Shown here: one piece after another, positions 28,948-39,397 of the stretch
Layout: every line of letters starts with the position of its first letter
Position numbering within the stretch: position 1 is the first letter of the stretch
NCBI GenBank assembly: GCA_963663965.2
Contig: CAXXFK010000001.1
Coordinates: forward strand, 128,001 to 192,000
Source of the DNA: Sedimentisphaerales bacterium
GTDB lineage: Bacteria > Planctomycetota > Phycisphaerae > Sedimentisphaerales > SM23-30
Length of the DNA stretch: 64,000 nucleotides
Direction of reading: 5' to 3'
Notes under the pieces: generated by a model
What the model saw: the letters and a program-made list of their open reading frames with translations, nothing else
The model's database searches: none
Told to the model about the DNA's origin: nothing
Program-made: the position numbers and the translations under genes

Positions 28948-29712
28948 TTATTGACAATCGAGGGTGGTACCCCAATTGTTAATGATAACATTTACATCAT
29001 CAATTCCAACGACACCGTTCTTATCGAAGTCAACACAAGGATCGTACTGGGCGCCCCAGGCGGCAATCAAAGCATTAACATCGGTAATATCTAAAACACC
29101 ATTTCCATCGGTGTCACCCTTAGCGAAGCAAGGATAGCTCCAGCATTCGGGTTCTGGTTCGCCACAAGTGACTTCCAGGTCTTCAGCAGGAACTACAACT
29201 TCAACCAAGCCGTCGCCGACAACACCGCCACGCAGGTCATCAAGAGCAACAGCAACGCCAACCATTTCAGCGCCTTCATCGCAGGTAACGGTGAAGGTGA
29301 TCAGATCGGTGTCATTACCAGGGGCGGGTTGGCCCAGGGTTTCATTGCCATCTTCATCCAGATAGCCCATGCAGATACCGAATACGCTGGCGGGCAGGGT
29401 TGCAACGCCGGCGGCATCGGGATCACACAGCGGATGAGCGTCTTCGCCAGGCAGGCTGGTGCCAACGCCATTGGTTACATAGTAATCAATATAAGCGTTG
29501 AATTCGGTATTGAGAGCAACAATGTCCTCAACACTCTGCAAAGTTCCGCCAGTGAGTGTTACGGTTAAAGCAACACCGCGAAGGCCGACTTCATCTTGAC
29601 CCAGGGCGTAAGAAATGGTTACATCTGTGCCATCGGCGGTAGCGCTGATGGAAACAGCCATGGCCGGAACGGCCAGCATAACAACTGCTAATAAAACTAG
29701 CAAATTCTTCAT
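28948..29712 (-). CDS. Secreted acidic protein with C-terminal dockerin-like double EF-hand
   Basis: Signal peptide; GDTDGNGVLDITDV and DFDKNGVVGIDDV. Confidence 0.8.
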   Translation of the reverse strand: MKNLLVLLAVVMLAVPAMAVSISATADGTDVTISYALGQDEVGLRGVALTVTLTGGTLQSVEDIVALNTEFNAYIDYYVTNGVGTSLPGEDAHPLCDPDAAGVATLPASVFGICMGYLDEDGNETLGQPAPGNDTDLITFTVTCDEGAEMVGVAVALDDLRGGVVGDGLVEVVVPAEDLEVTCGEPEPECWSYPCFAKGDTDGNGVLDITDVNALIAAWGAQYDPCVDFDKNGVVGIDDVNVIINNWGTTLDCQ

Positions 29713-30701
29713 AAGTTTCTCCTACGCGAACAGATAGACCAATATTACGATTAAAATTTACATCTAAACACCTATCGCCAAAAAACCCATGCTGTGCCAG
29801 ATATAGATAATCGCGGGAAAAGTAAAAAAACAGATTTGGAATCTAACCTGTAAATTTGCCCTGATTACGGGCCTCTATCAGGTTATTTCTCCTCAAAGGA
29901 GAGACTACTTTTAAGATGTACCAAATACTCTATTAATTTTTCAAAGAACCGTTAAGAATGTACCTAAACAGAGAAGTATATTAACATAATAAGAATAAAG
30001 GCTTTATTAGTCAAGCCAATTCCAGCATTTCCTTCTCTATATTGTTGTCAATAGACACCGTCTTTGTTTGCTATCAAGGTTCACAAATATAGTTGCAAGC
30101 TGCGAGCCATTTGTCTCAGAAAAAATACTAAAAATATAATTTCCCCTAATCTTTTACCATTAAACACTTTAACCACTTTTTCTCAAAATATTTTATCAGA
30201 CCGGATCGGGTGGGATCAGTCATATCTGTTGTTTTCAGGAACAAATCGACACCCCCATAACAACCTAATTTATTCTAAATTATACAGTTATGTAATCATA
30301 AGCGCTTCCGGATTCACGTTGACCGGATTCATCAGCCCTTAAAAACCATACAACTGTTAAGGCTGGCCCCCAACAGGCAATAAAAACATTAAATACTTAC
30401 CTTATATATGTTTACAAAATTAATCGCTGCTGTTTTATTCCTGCTGAGTGAATCCATTCCCCACAATACCCATGGCATTCTGAATCCTCCTCGAACTAAA
30501 AATAATGTAACTGACTATATTTAAATCAATTACAAAAACCTTGCCCTTAATGATATCCTGGCCTGTAAAAAATTGTTAGCCCAAAATGATGCCGGATGGA
30601 ATGGAATTCAGAAAGTTTCTGCAATGATTCATCGTCCGGGCCGATAATAAACGATACTAGTCTATGTTGATTTAATATTATCCCAGCCAGATATAGCTTT
30701 C

Positions 30702-33700
30702 ATGACAACCGCCCCCAGCAATATTATCGGACTTGAGGTATTCCCCGGCGATTTTACCAATCGTCTGCAATATTCTATTTTAAACATTCAAATCCGGCTC
30801 CGGGAAACCAGACCCGGCCAAAGCGGGGCTCTTAAGGTCTATATTAGAACCAATCTGAACCAGGGCCGGCGGATCCGGCGACAGTTTATCGATCAGGTTG
30901 AAAAGGGCCAGTCTTACTCAACAGATTATTATGACATCCCGGCCCGATGGGATGGCGCCAGAAAATGTTTTTGTGCCGAAATTGTACTTTTTGATGTTGG
31001 TTTTTTTGAGTTCAAACCCCGGGCCGAATCCAGCGATCCTAAAAATCCCTGGGTATACTGGGCCGATGGACCCAATATTGGCGTCACGGTAACGCCTCTG
31101 GAATATGGACGGGATAACGCCGTCTATTGCGCCTTTATCCGGCAGTACGGCCGTAATAAACATCTCACCAGCCTGGCCAATCCCGAACTGGAAGAACAAA
31201 TCCGCCAGCTCGAAAACCAGGGATCCTGCGTCATACCACCCTGCGGCAATTTTGAGTCGTTTAAAAACTGCCTTCCGTTCATCATTAACGAACTGGGCAT
31301 GCGTATCATTCATTTTCTGCCTATCAATCCGGTACCCGTTTCTTACGGCCGTATGGGAATGTATGGCAGTCCCTACGCCACCACCGATTATTTCGGCATC
31401 GACCAGAGTTATGGCCGGTTCAGTCGCTATAAGACGATTGAAGACCAGTTTAGCGATTTAACCAGCACCATACATGGCCTGGGTGCCCGGGCGTTTCTGG
31501 ATATGGTTATAAATCATACAGGTTGGCCCAGCAGTTTGCTGTTTACACACCGGCAATGGTTCAAAACCGCTCAGGATGGCAAACTGATTTCGCCAGGCGC
31601 CTGGGGAGTGATCTGGGGCGATCTGGTCGAACTGGATTACGGCTACAAAGATCTCTGGAAATACATGGCCGGTGTCTTTCTGGCCTGGTGTGAACGCGGC
31701 ATTGACGGCTTTCGACTCGACGCCGGGTATATGATCCCGATCCATGTCTGGCAGTATATTATTTCAAGGGTTCGGGAAGAATATCCCAATACCATGTTTT
31801 TACTGGAAGGCCTGGGAGGCCCCTGGGAAACCACCGAAGCGCTCCTGACCCGGGGTATGAATAACTGGGCCTATTCCGAACTGTTTCAAAACTACAGCAA
31901 AGAACAGATCACCTGGTACCTGGATTACGCCACTAAAATATCGCTGGGCAAGGGAGCGCTGGTCCATTACGCCGAAACCCATGACAATGATCGCCTGGCC
32001 AAAAAAGGCCCGGTCTATACCCTGATGCGCCTGTATGTCTGCGCGTTTACCTCATTCAGTGGCGCATGGGGATTCACCAACGGCGTGGAATGGCTGGCGA
32101 CTGAAAAAATCAATGTCCATCGCAATAGCGGCCTGAATTGGGGCAATCCGGTCAACCTGGTCGGGCCGATCGCCCGTATTAACCGGATTCTCGCTGAAAA
32201 TCCCGCGTTCTGGCATGGCGGCCGGCTGAAATGGATCACCTGTCCGGATGAGGAAGTCCTGCTGTTTAAACGCAACGATGAAACCAACCGCAATGAAATA
32301 CTCTGCGCCATTAATTTAAATATCGATAAAAGTAAAAACCTGAAAGTCAAACTGGATGATATCGGATGGAAACCAACCGACGAACCCGTGTGGCTTTATG
32401 ATTTATTACGCAACCATAATCAGCCGGGAGAAGATCCGGTCGCCATCCATCTGGAACCCGGCGGCTGTATGCTGATCCGCCGGGAAACGTCTGCCGAACC
32501 GCAAAAACCGGCGACGACCCCACTGTTCAGTCACCCTGTTGACAAAACGGAATTACTCTACCGCATACTGCTTCAGCGTTTCGAACCGCACGAAATCGCT
32601 CGCCTCGATCAGGCCGCCCTGCTGGATCAGATTAATAATTATCGCCGCTTTATTGCCCTGACCAATCTGCATAATATCGAAAAACTTCGCAACCTGGACC
32701 TGGTCGAAGCGCTCAACGAACTGACCGCGGAACAGGTTGATCAATTCTCCAGCCAGTGGTCATTCCGGGAAGCCAATAAAACCTATGTGGTCTCCGGCGA
32801 CAAATGGCTGGTCGTTCATACCTATATCCCCTGCACCGCCAGTCTCTACACCACCACGGATCCGGTCGCGGGTAAACCGGTTTTATCGGCCGATTCGATT
32901 GCCAATCCCAACGGCCCGGGATACCTGGTCTTTTTCCCGCCCTGGAAAGACTATACCACCTTCTACCTGCGATTCAACTGGAAGATCCGCCAGGATCAGA
33001 TGATCATGCGCCAGTATCAGCCGGAAATTTATCCGATCCTGTCCGCCCCTTCCAGCAAGCAATTGTCTCTCAAACGTCCCATCTATCCAGTTCAGATCGA
33101 TCGTCGCCGGCTCAAACAGGACTATGCCTCAATTTTGCTGGCCAACGGAGCCGGCAATATCTGCCAGATCTCCGCCCGGCCCGGCATCCTGACCAGCAAG
33201 TACGACACACTATTTAATTACCTGTCCAATCCCGCCAATCCCGCCAGCCGCATGTCGCTGGTACGCACCGTCCGTGAAACGGTTCAACTTGGCCATAAAT
33301 TCTTCGATCTGGACGAGAGTTTCCTGATCCATTTCACCCGTTATAATCAGCCCGTCTGGTTATTCGAATATGACGATGGCAAATATTTCTTGCGGCTGGA
33401 ACGCTCGATCATCCTGGCCCGCAACGAAAACCGGGTCATCGTCCATTACAAAGTTCACGAAGCCAACACCCCCGTGCACCTCACCGCCAAATGCTGTGTG
33501 GAGTATCGCAGTATTCATGAACAATTCAAAAGACCTTATGACACATCAATACCCGGCATTGAAAAACATTGCCGGATGAACAGCCAGGAGTCCGGTTTTA
33601 TATTCCGGCCCGATGATGCTTGCGCCGTTTATGCAATCGCGGAAGATGGACGCTTTATTATGCAGCCGCACTGGATAGGAGATGTTGACCACCCCATCGA

Positions 33701-35108
33701 TCGTGAAAATGGTCTGGAAAACAAAGGCGATCTGTTCGCGCCCGGTGTCTTTCATTTTGAACTCCACTCGAATCAAAACGCGACCATTCGTATCACCGAC
33801 AAGGCCGAAACCGGCAGAATCAAAAACTATGCCCGGATTCTGCAGGAATCTGAACGTTACGTCAAGCAGCAATTACGCCGCTATCCGGATCTGACCATCC
33901 GCAAAGATCGACGCATTTATATGCTCACCAACGCGCTTGATCAGTTTGTCATTCGCTGCGGCGATCGCTGGCAGGTGGTGGCCGGCTATCCCTGGCTGGC
34001 CATGCGCAGTCGCGACACGCTGCATTGTGTGGGCGGCCTGCTGGCCGCCGGATACGACGAGGTCGTTCGTGATGTCATCACCCAGGTTGCCGCAACGGTC
34101 AAGTTCGGCCTGCCCTCCGAATGGATTGGTTTCGACAGCGGCCGAATGTGTTGCGAAGCGGCGCTACGCCTGATTCTGGCGGCCCAGGAATATGTAAACC
34201 GAACCGGCCGCGACAGTTTCTGGGATGTCGGAGTGAGTGGCGGCCAGACCCTTCGTCAGGTTTTACAGGGAATTCTGGATACCTATCTGGATCTGGATTC
34301 GCTGGCGCCCACGGTCGATCCTGACAGCGCCCTGCTGTTCTGCGACGCGGGCATGACCTGGATGAATACCAACCATCCCCAGGCAACGCCCCGGCGGGGA
34401 TATCCCATCGAAATTCAGGCGCTATGGTACCAGGCCCTGGCCGTAATGGCCCGGATCACTCCGGATAAATCCGAACAGTGCCGGCAACTGCGTGAAACCA
34501 TCGTAAGAAGATTCCTGAGTCTCTATTGGAGTGATGCGCGTGGATACCTGGCGGACAATCTGCTGAATATGAAAAAGACCATCGCCACCGAAGCGGTGCC
34601 TGACAGTTCGCTGCGACCGAACCAGCTTTACGCCATAAAGGCGGGTTTAATCCCAACGGAACAGGCCGCCACCGCGCTGGAAGTGATCGGACGACGACTG
34701 GTGATACCCGCCGCGGTACGAACTCTCTCCGAAGACCATCTGCCTGTACCGCTTTATATCCATGATGATGAAGGCAAATTACTGGCCGATCCCAACCTGC
34801 CTTATCAGGGGCGATGCAGCGGCTATGAACACCAGCGCCGGGTCGCCTACCACAACGGCACCGCCTGGCCCCACCTCTATCCCCTCTATATCGAAGCCCG
34901 CCGTCAACAGCAGCCCGGCAAAGAAGGCCGCCGCCAGGCACTCACCCTGCTCGAACCCGTCTGGACCGACCTCACCACCGGCGGTCTGGGCACCCTGGCC
35001 GAAATGAAAGACGGCAACACCCCACACACACCCCGCGGCTGCTACGCCTACGCCCTCAGTGTCGCCGAAACCCTCCGCGTCTACCTGGAACTGAAATATC
35101 CTGGATAA
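30702..35108 (+). CDS. Fused GH13 alpha-amylase-type domain + glycogen-debranching N-terminal domain + amylo-alpha-1,6-glucosidase
   Basis: GSPYA, LDMVINHTG, DGFRLDAG, LLEGLG, ETHDN; then DLFAPGVF, VAGYPW, TWMNT..TPRRGYPIEIQALW, LRPNQL, AYHNGTAWP. Confidence 0.9.
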   Translation: MTTAPSNIIGLEVFPGDFTNRLQYSILNIQIRLRETRPGQSGALKVYIRTNLNQGRRIRRQFIDQVEKGQSYSTDYYDIPARWDGARKCFCAEIVLFDVGFFEFKPRAESSDPKNPWVYWADGPNIGVTVTPLEYGRDNAVYCAFIRQYGRNKHLTSLANPELEEQIRQLENQGSCVIPPCGNFESFKNCLPFIINELGMRIIHFLPINPVPVSYGRMGMYGSPYATTDYFGIDQSYGRFSRYKTIEDQFSDLTSTIHGLGARAFLDMVINHTGWPSSLLFTHRQWFKTAQDGKLISPGAWGVIWGDLVELDYGYKDLWKYMAGVFLAWCERGIDGFRLDAGYMIPIHVWQYIISRVREEYPNTMFLLEGLGGPWETTEALLTRGMNNWAYSELFQNYSKEQITWYLDYATKISLGKGALVHYAETHDNDRLAKKGPVYTLMRLYVCAFTSFSGAWGFTNGVEWLATEKINVHRNSGLNWGNPVNLVGPIARINRILAENPAFWHGGRLKWITCPDEEVLLFKRNDETNRNEILCAINLNIDKSKNLKVKLDDIGWKPTDEPVWLYDLLRNHNQPGEDPVAIHLEPGGCMLIRRETSAEPQKPATTPLFSHPVDKTELLYRILLQRFEPHEIARLDQAALLDQINNYRRFIALTNLHNIEKLRNLDLVEALNELTAEQVDQFSSQWSFREANKTYVVSGDKWLVVHTYIPCTASLYTTTDPVAGKPVLSADSIANPNGPGYLVFFPPWKDYTTFYLRFNWKIRQDQMIMRQYQPEIYPILSAPSSKQLSLKRPIYPVQIDRRRLKQDYASILLANGAGNICQISARPGILTSKYDTLFNYLSNPANPASRMSLVRTVRETVQLGHKFFDLDESFLIHFTRYNQPVWLFEYDDGKYFLRLERSIILARNENRVIVHYKVHEANTPVHLTAKCCVEYRSIHEQFKRPYDTSIPGIEKHCRMNSQESGFIFRPDDACAVYAIAEDGRFIMQPHWIGDVDHPIDRENGLENKGDLFAPGVFHFELHSNQNATIRITDKAETGRIKNYARILQESERYVKQQLRRYPDLTIRKDRRIYMLTNALDQFVIRCGDRWQVVAGYPWLAMRSRDTLHCVGGLLAAGYDEVVRDVITQVAATVKFGLPSEWIGFDSGRMCCEAALRLILAAQEYVNRTGRDSFWDVGVSGGQTLRQVLQGILDTYLDLDSLAPTVDPDSALLFCDAGMTWMNTNHPQATPRRGYPIEIQALWYQALAVMARITPDKSEQCRQLRETIVRRFLSLYWSDARGYLADNLLNMKKTIATEAVPDSSLRPNQLYAIKAGLIPTEQAATALEVIGRRLVIPAAVRTLSEDHLPVPLYIHDDEGKLLADPNLPYQGRCSGYEHQRRVAYHNGTAWPHLYPLYIEARRQQQPGKEGRRQALTLLEPVWTDLTTGGLGTLAEMKDGNTPHTPRGCYAYALSVAETLRVYLELKYPG

Positions 35109-35186
35109 CCCACCCGCTGGGCCAACCAGCACTTATGGCATTTTTTATTTATCTTTCCCCTAAAACCGCTATAATACCGGGCTGTT

Positions 35187-36854
35187 ATGATATTTACGCT
35201 GCACAGGTATATCTTTAAAGATTTGATCAAAACGTTTTTACTGGCGACCCTGGTATTATCGCTGGTTTTAAGTCTGGGCGCCATGCTGCGCCCGTTGCGC
35301 GACTTCAGCATCGATCCCCTGCGGGTACCCGAATTGCTGCTTTACACCCTGCCCGTTACGCTCACCATGGTCATTCCAGTGGGTGCTCTGCTGGCCACGA
35401 CGCTCGCCTACGGTAAACTGGCCTTTTTTAATGAAATCACGGCCTGCCGGGCCAGCGGCATCAGCATGCGGGCCCTGCTCTATCCCGCCCTCACTCTGGC
35501 GCTGCTGGTGGGTGTCATTACCCTGCTGCTGGGATTTCATGTCCTGCCGGATTTTATCCAGCGCTCTGAATCCCTTATCGAAGATGATGCCGAAGCGATT
35601 ATCTATCGCAATATCGAAAAACGCGGCAATCTGGGCAACTTATACAAAGGACTCATGGTCCACGCCGACCGGACCGATCCTGCCCGCCATCTGCTCAGCG
35701 GCGTGGTATTCATCCGCAAGGACCGGGATGAAATCAAGGAAATTGCCACCGCCGAACACGTCTTTCTGAATATCGAAAGTGGGGGCGATGGCCAGGAACC
35801 CCGTATCGCGTTACGCCTGATTAACGCACGTGGGATACGTGAAGGGCAGGGAATCAATCTGGATGATTATACTACTTATATCCAGATGCCCAGAATGTAT
35901 CAGGATGAAATCAAATTCAAGGAACTGGGCGCCCTCAAAGAAATCCGTCAGGACATGACCCGGTTTAAACCGATCCGTATCCTGGTAAAACGCTATCGCC
36001 AGCAAGTGCTGACCGAAATGTTCTACGACTGGATCGACCGCCAATTAACATCAGCCGGGACCTTGAAACTCTTGGCAGGAGATCCGGAAAATCCCGATCA
36101 GATTGTCATCAAATCTGGCGGATGCCAGATCCGGCAAACCAACAAAAAGTCGTTCGATTATAACAAGGAAGACCCGCCCGGCCGGCCGGCCTTGGGCGAT
36201 CTGGTCGTCAGCGATGACCAGAGTATCCGCATGGCATGGTATCCGGCCGGGGAAAGCAAGCCTTCCCGTTATTATAAGGCGAGCGGCGCCAACTTGCGAA
36301 TCGAATGGGGTACCAAACCACCCACGGCCATTTTGAGAATGGATAAAGTCGAAAAAACCGTCAAAAGTGATACCCGGCCGGTGCGGGAAGAATTTGATTT
36401 TGTCTATCGGATTCAAATACCCGGCGAATTACTGCAAAAGGCCGAACTGATCAGTTTAAATGATATTGTCACCAGTCCGACCGAAGAAACACCCCAGGCT
36501 CACATGTCCGGTTTTTTATCCGGTATGGGCCAATTCATCTTGAAAGAATGTCGAAAACTGGGCGCCGAAATAACCGCTGAACTGCATTCACGGCTGGCGT
36601 TCGGAGTTTGTTGCGTTGTTCTGACACTTATGGGCGCCGGCTTGGGGATGGTGTTCCGTAGCAGTCACCTGCTGACCGCGTTTGGAATCAGCTTTATTCC
36701 TACCGCGTTGTGTTTGATTACCATCTTTACCGGCAAACATCTGGCTGAACAGAATATCGATAAAATGGGATTTGGACTGGCATTTTTGTGGGCCGGTATT
36801 GTCATTGTCACCGCAATTGACAGCCTGTTGTATCGAAAATTAACCCGGATATAG
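35187..36854 (+). CDS. LptF/LptG-family permease (LptF-like) with large periplasmic region
   Basis: TLHRYIFKDL, YGKLAFFNEITACRASGIS, 3+3 TM layout. Confidence 0.88.
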   Translation: MIFTLHRYIFKDLIKTFLLATLVLSLVLSLGAMLRPLRDFSIDPLRVPELLLYTLPVTLTMVIPVGALLATTLAYGKLAFFNEITACRASGISMRALLYPALTLALLVGVITLLLGFHVLPDFIQRSESLIEDDAEAIIYRNIEKRGNLGNLYKGLMVHADRTDPARHLLSGVVFIRKDRDEIKEIATAEHVFLNIESGGDGQEPRIALRLINARGIREGQGINLDDYTTYIQMPRMYQDEIKFKELGALKEIRQDMTRFKPIRILVKRYRQQVLTEMFYDWIDRQLTSAGTLKLLAGDPENPDQIVIKSGGCQIRQTNKKSFDYNKEDPPGRPALGDLVVSDDQSIRMAWYPAGESKPSRYYKASGANLRIEWGTKPPTAILRMDKVEKTVKSDTRPVREEFDFVYRIQIPGELLQKAELISLNDIVTSPTEETPQAHMSGFLSGMGQFILKECRKLGAEITAELHSRLAFGVCCVVLTLMGAGLGMVFRSSHLLTAFGISFIPTALCLITIFTGKHLAEQNIDKMGFGLAFLWAGIVIVTAIDSLLYRKLTRI

Positions 36855-36890
36855 CCTTGAATTAAAAATTAAGCAATTTACTTTTCAACA

Positions 36891-38018
36891 TTGAAGACAA
36901 ACGAATATAAAAAATTAAACTGGGCCACGCAAATTCTGGACCGCTATGTCGCCGGCGAATTCCTGTTTGGCTATCTGGTGGCCCTGGGTGTGGTGCTGGG
37001 CTTGCGGGTTATGGTAGACCTCTTTGTACAGTTTGACGAATTTGTCGAAGCCAAAGACAATATCCGGCCGGGACTGATCCAGGTCGTCGGATACATTGCC
37101 GGTTACTACGGACCCAAAATATTCGAATACTTCCGCGATTTCTCCGGCATGATCATTATGCTGGCCGCTTCCTTTTCGCTGGCCCGCATGACCCGCCAGA
37201 ACGAACTCACTGCCATTCTGGCCAGCGGCATCAGCCTGAAACGCATTGTAGCGCCCATCGTATTGATGGGATTTGTATTAAACCTGTTAATGGTAGCCGA
37301 TCAGGAACTGATTCTGCCCGGTTTGGCCGATAAACTGACCCGGTCCCATGATGAAGTGGCCGAACGAAACGTTATCAAAGATATCTTCGTTCGTGACGGC
37401 CGGGACAACCTGCTGTTCGCCGGCAGGTTCGATCCGGACCGGCTGGCGCTCCGCAACGTCTTGATTGTCCTGCGACGCCAGGGCAATATGATCGGCCGCA
37501 TCACCGCCGACGAAGCCACCTGGAACGCCGCGAATAAATCCTGGCAATTAAGCGCCGGACTATTTTACAACGATGATTTTCAACAGGGAGGTACCGGCCT
37601 GGCCGCGCCCATCGAGTCCTATCCCTCCGAACTGACCCCGGATTATATCTGGCTGCAACGCCATTCCAACTTTAAAAGCCTCATGAGCAGCCATGACTTG
37701 AAACAACTGGTACGCAAACGCCAGCTCAAACAGATCGAACAGCTCGAAGCCATCGGCGAAACCCATTTCCGTCTGGCCGATCCTATTATTAACATGGTCA
37801 TGCTGCTCTTAAGCCTGCCCATGCTGGTGTCCCGCGAACGCCGCAGCACACCCACCGCCCTGGGCCTGGCCATTGCCGGCGCCGGCGGCTGTTTTGTCGT
37901 CACTTTCATTTGCAAATTGCTCGCCGGAATGGCCATCCCCCCCTTCCTGGCCGCCATGATCCCCATCGTCGTATTTACCCCACTGGCCATTTTAACCCTG
38001 GATTCGATCAAAACCTGA
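36891..38018 (+). CDS. LptF/LptG-family permease (LptG-like)
   Basis: ILDRYV, RQNELTAILASGISLKRI, 3+3 TM layout. Confidence 0.88.
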   Translation: MKTNEYKKLNWATQILDRYVAGEFLFGYLVALGVVLGLRVMVDLFVQFDEFVEAKDNIRPGLIQVVGYIAGYYGPKIFEYFRDFSGMIIMLAASFSLARMTRQNELTAILASGISLKRIVAPIVLMGFVLNLLMVADQELILPGLADKLTRSHDEVAERNVIKDIFVRDGRDNLLFAGRFDPDRLALRNVLIVLRRQGNMIGRITADEATWNAANKSWQLSAGLFYNDDFQQGGTGLAAPIESYPSELTPDYIWLQRHSNFKSLMSSHDLKQLVRKRQLKQIEQLEAIGETHFRLADPIINMVMLLLSLPMLVSRERRSTPTALGLAIAGAGGCFVVTFICKLLAGMAIPPFLAAMIPIVVFTPLAILTLDSIKT

Positions 38019-38068
38019 TCCTGCCAGAATGAATATGCTGGCGATTCAAACCATTGAAAGGATAAAAG

Positions 38069-38263
38069 ATGGAATGCAAAAAAGAACGTAACCTGGACTT
38101 CTGCACCTGTTCCTACCCCGGCTGTTCCAACAAAGGCGTCTGCTGCGACTGCCTGCAATACCATCTCAAAAGCAAACAACTGCCCGGCTGCTGTTTTCCG
38201 CCGGAGGTCGAAAAAACCTACGACCGCAGCTTCAAAGCCTTCGCCAAAGCCTGGAAACTGTAA
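38069..38263 (+). CDS. Small Cys-rich protein (DUF6485-like)
   Basis: CTCSYPGCSNKGVCCDCLQYH..LPGCCF..EKTYDRS. Confidence 0.8.
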   Translation: MECKKERNLDFCTCSYPGCSNKGVCCDCLQYHLKSKQLPGCCFPPEVEKTYDRSFKAFAKAWKL

Positions 38264-38484
38264 TGACCACTACCGAACCCGAACTGCAACGATTACTCGA
38301 AGATGCCCGGGCGTACGGGATCGATGTCCCCATGCTGCTGGATAACATCGCCCGTACTCCCACCGAAAGAGTACTGCGGCATCAGGCGGCTTTAAATGCG
38401 GTTATGGCGCTTAGAAATGCGGCACGAACTGATTTGAAGGACAAGACAAATGGCCAGTCTGCTGGACCTGCTGAAAATACTTAG
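38263..38484 (+). CDS. Small protein, putative partner of the downstream nucleotidyltransferase
   Basis: TAATG coupling; GIDVPMLLDNIARTPTERV; overlaps next gene. Confidence 0.65.
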   Translation: MTTTEPELQRLLEDARAYGIDVPMLLDNIARTPTERVLRHQAALNAVMALRNAARTDLKDKTNGQSAGPAENT

Positions 38485-38932
38485 CGATCATAATGTCCCG
38501 TTCATCGTCGTAGGAGGTTTCGCCTGCACGGTTCACGGAGTCACTTTAGTAACCCAGGACATGGACATCTGCTGTCCCATGACGACAGAAAACCTGTTAA
38601 AAATCCAGATGGCTTTCAAGGATTTGCATCCGGTTCATCGCATGACGCCGCAACGCATACCTTTACAACTTACCCCAAAAAATGCGGATCAGTTCAACAA
38701 TCTGTATCTGGACACCGATATCGGTGTAATCGATATCCTTGGCAATATTAGTGGTGTCGGATCGTTTGAAATCGCAAACCAACACAGCCTGTCGCTCGAT
38801 TTGGATGGATATACATTTCAAATCTTATCGATTGACGCTTTAATAGATTCAAAAAAAGCGCTCAACCGGCCCAGGGACATTCTGGCCATCAAGGAATTGG
38901 AAATCATCAAACATAAAACTCAAAAAAAATAA
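38450..38932 (+). CDS. Nucleotidyltransferase-fold protein (DUF6036/AbiEii-like)
   Basis: FIVVGGFAC..HG..TQDMDI, IDIL, LIDSKKALNRPRD. Confidence 0.8.
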   Translation: MASLLDLLKILSDHNVPFIVVGGFACTVHGVTLVTQDMDICCPMTTENLLKIQMAFKDLHPVHRMTPQRIPLQLTPKNADQFNNLYLDTDIGVIDILGNISGVGSFEIANQHSLSLDLDGYTFQILSIDALIDSKKALNRPRDILAIKELEIIKHKTQKK

Positions 38933-38974
38933 CGCAATTCAAGTTAATAGTAGATTACCAGATATGGAGGAATA

Positions 38975-39343
38975 ATGACAGTATCACATAAGCTTTATAT
39001 GATATTTGTTTATATTTTAATAGCCTTTTATATTTTCAGTGGGGGCATGATGTATATTATTATGTCACCCAAGCCGGAAAGTCAATTACCCTTAAAATTA
39101 ATACTTTGGATCATTACGTCCTTATGCATGTCTCTAATAATCACCTCAACTATTATTATAATCAAAAAAGAACTTGCGTTTATACCCACTGTTCTACAAA
39201 ACATCTTTTTAGTATTATCTATGTATGGTATACCAATTGCCTTATTCGGATTTTTCTTATTGTATAGAAAACATCAGAAAGAATCTCAGGATAAGCAGAG
39301 AACACTCCCCCCGGAAAATACGATCTTCGAGCAAAGCCAATAA
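38975..39343 (+). CDS. AT-rich small membrane protein
   Basis: ggagg RBS; several hydrophobic segments. Confidence 0.65.
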   Translation: MTVSHKLYMIFVYILIAFYIFSGGMMYIIMSPKPESQLPLKLILWIITSLCMSLIITSTIIIIKKELAFIPTVLQNIFLVLSMYGIPIALFGFFLLYRKHQKESQDKQRTLPPENTIFEQSQ

Positions 39344-39397
39344 AAAAGCCGTACCCAGAATCGGATACGGCTATACGCTCTGCTTTAATGATCCGGA

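Noticed and set aside
29713..30701. ncRNA in the 1-kb divergent intergenic region
   Set aside because: Only short hairpins; no recognisable RNA family.
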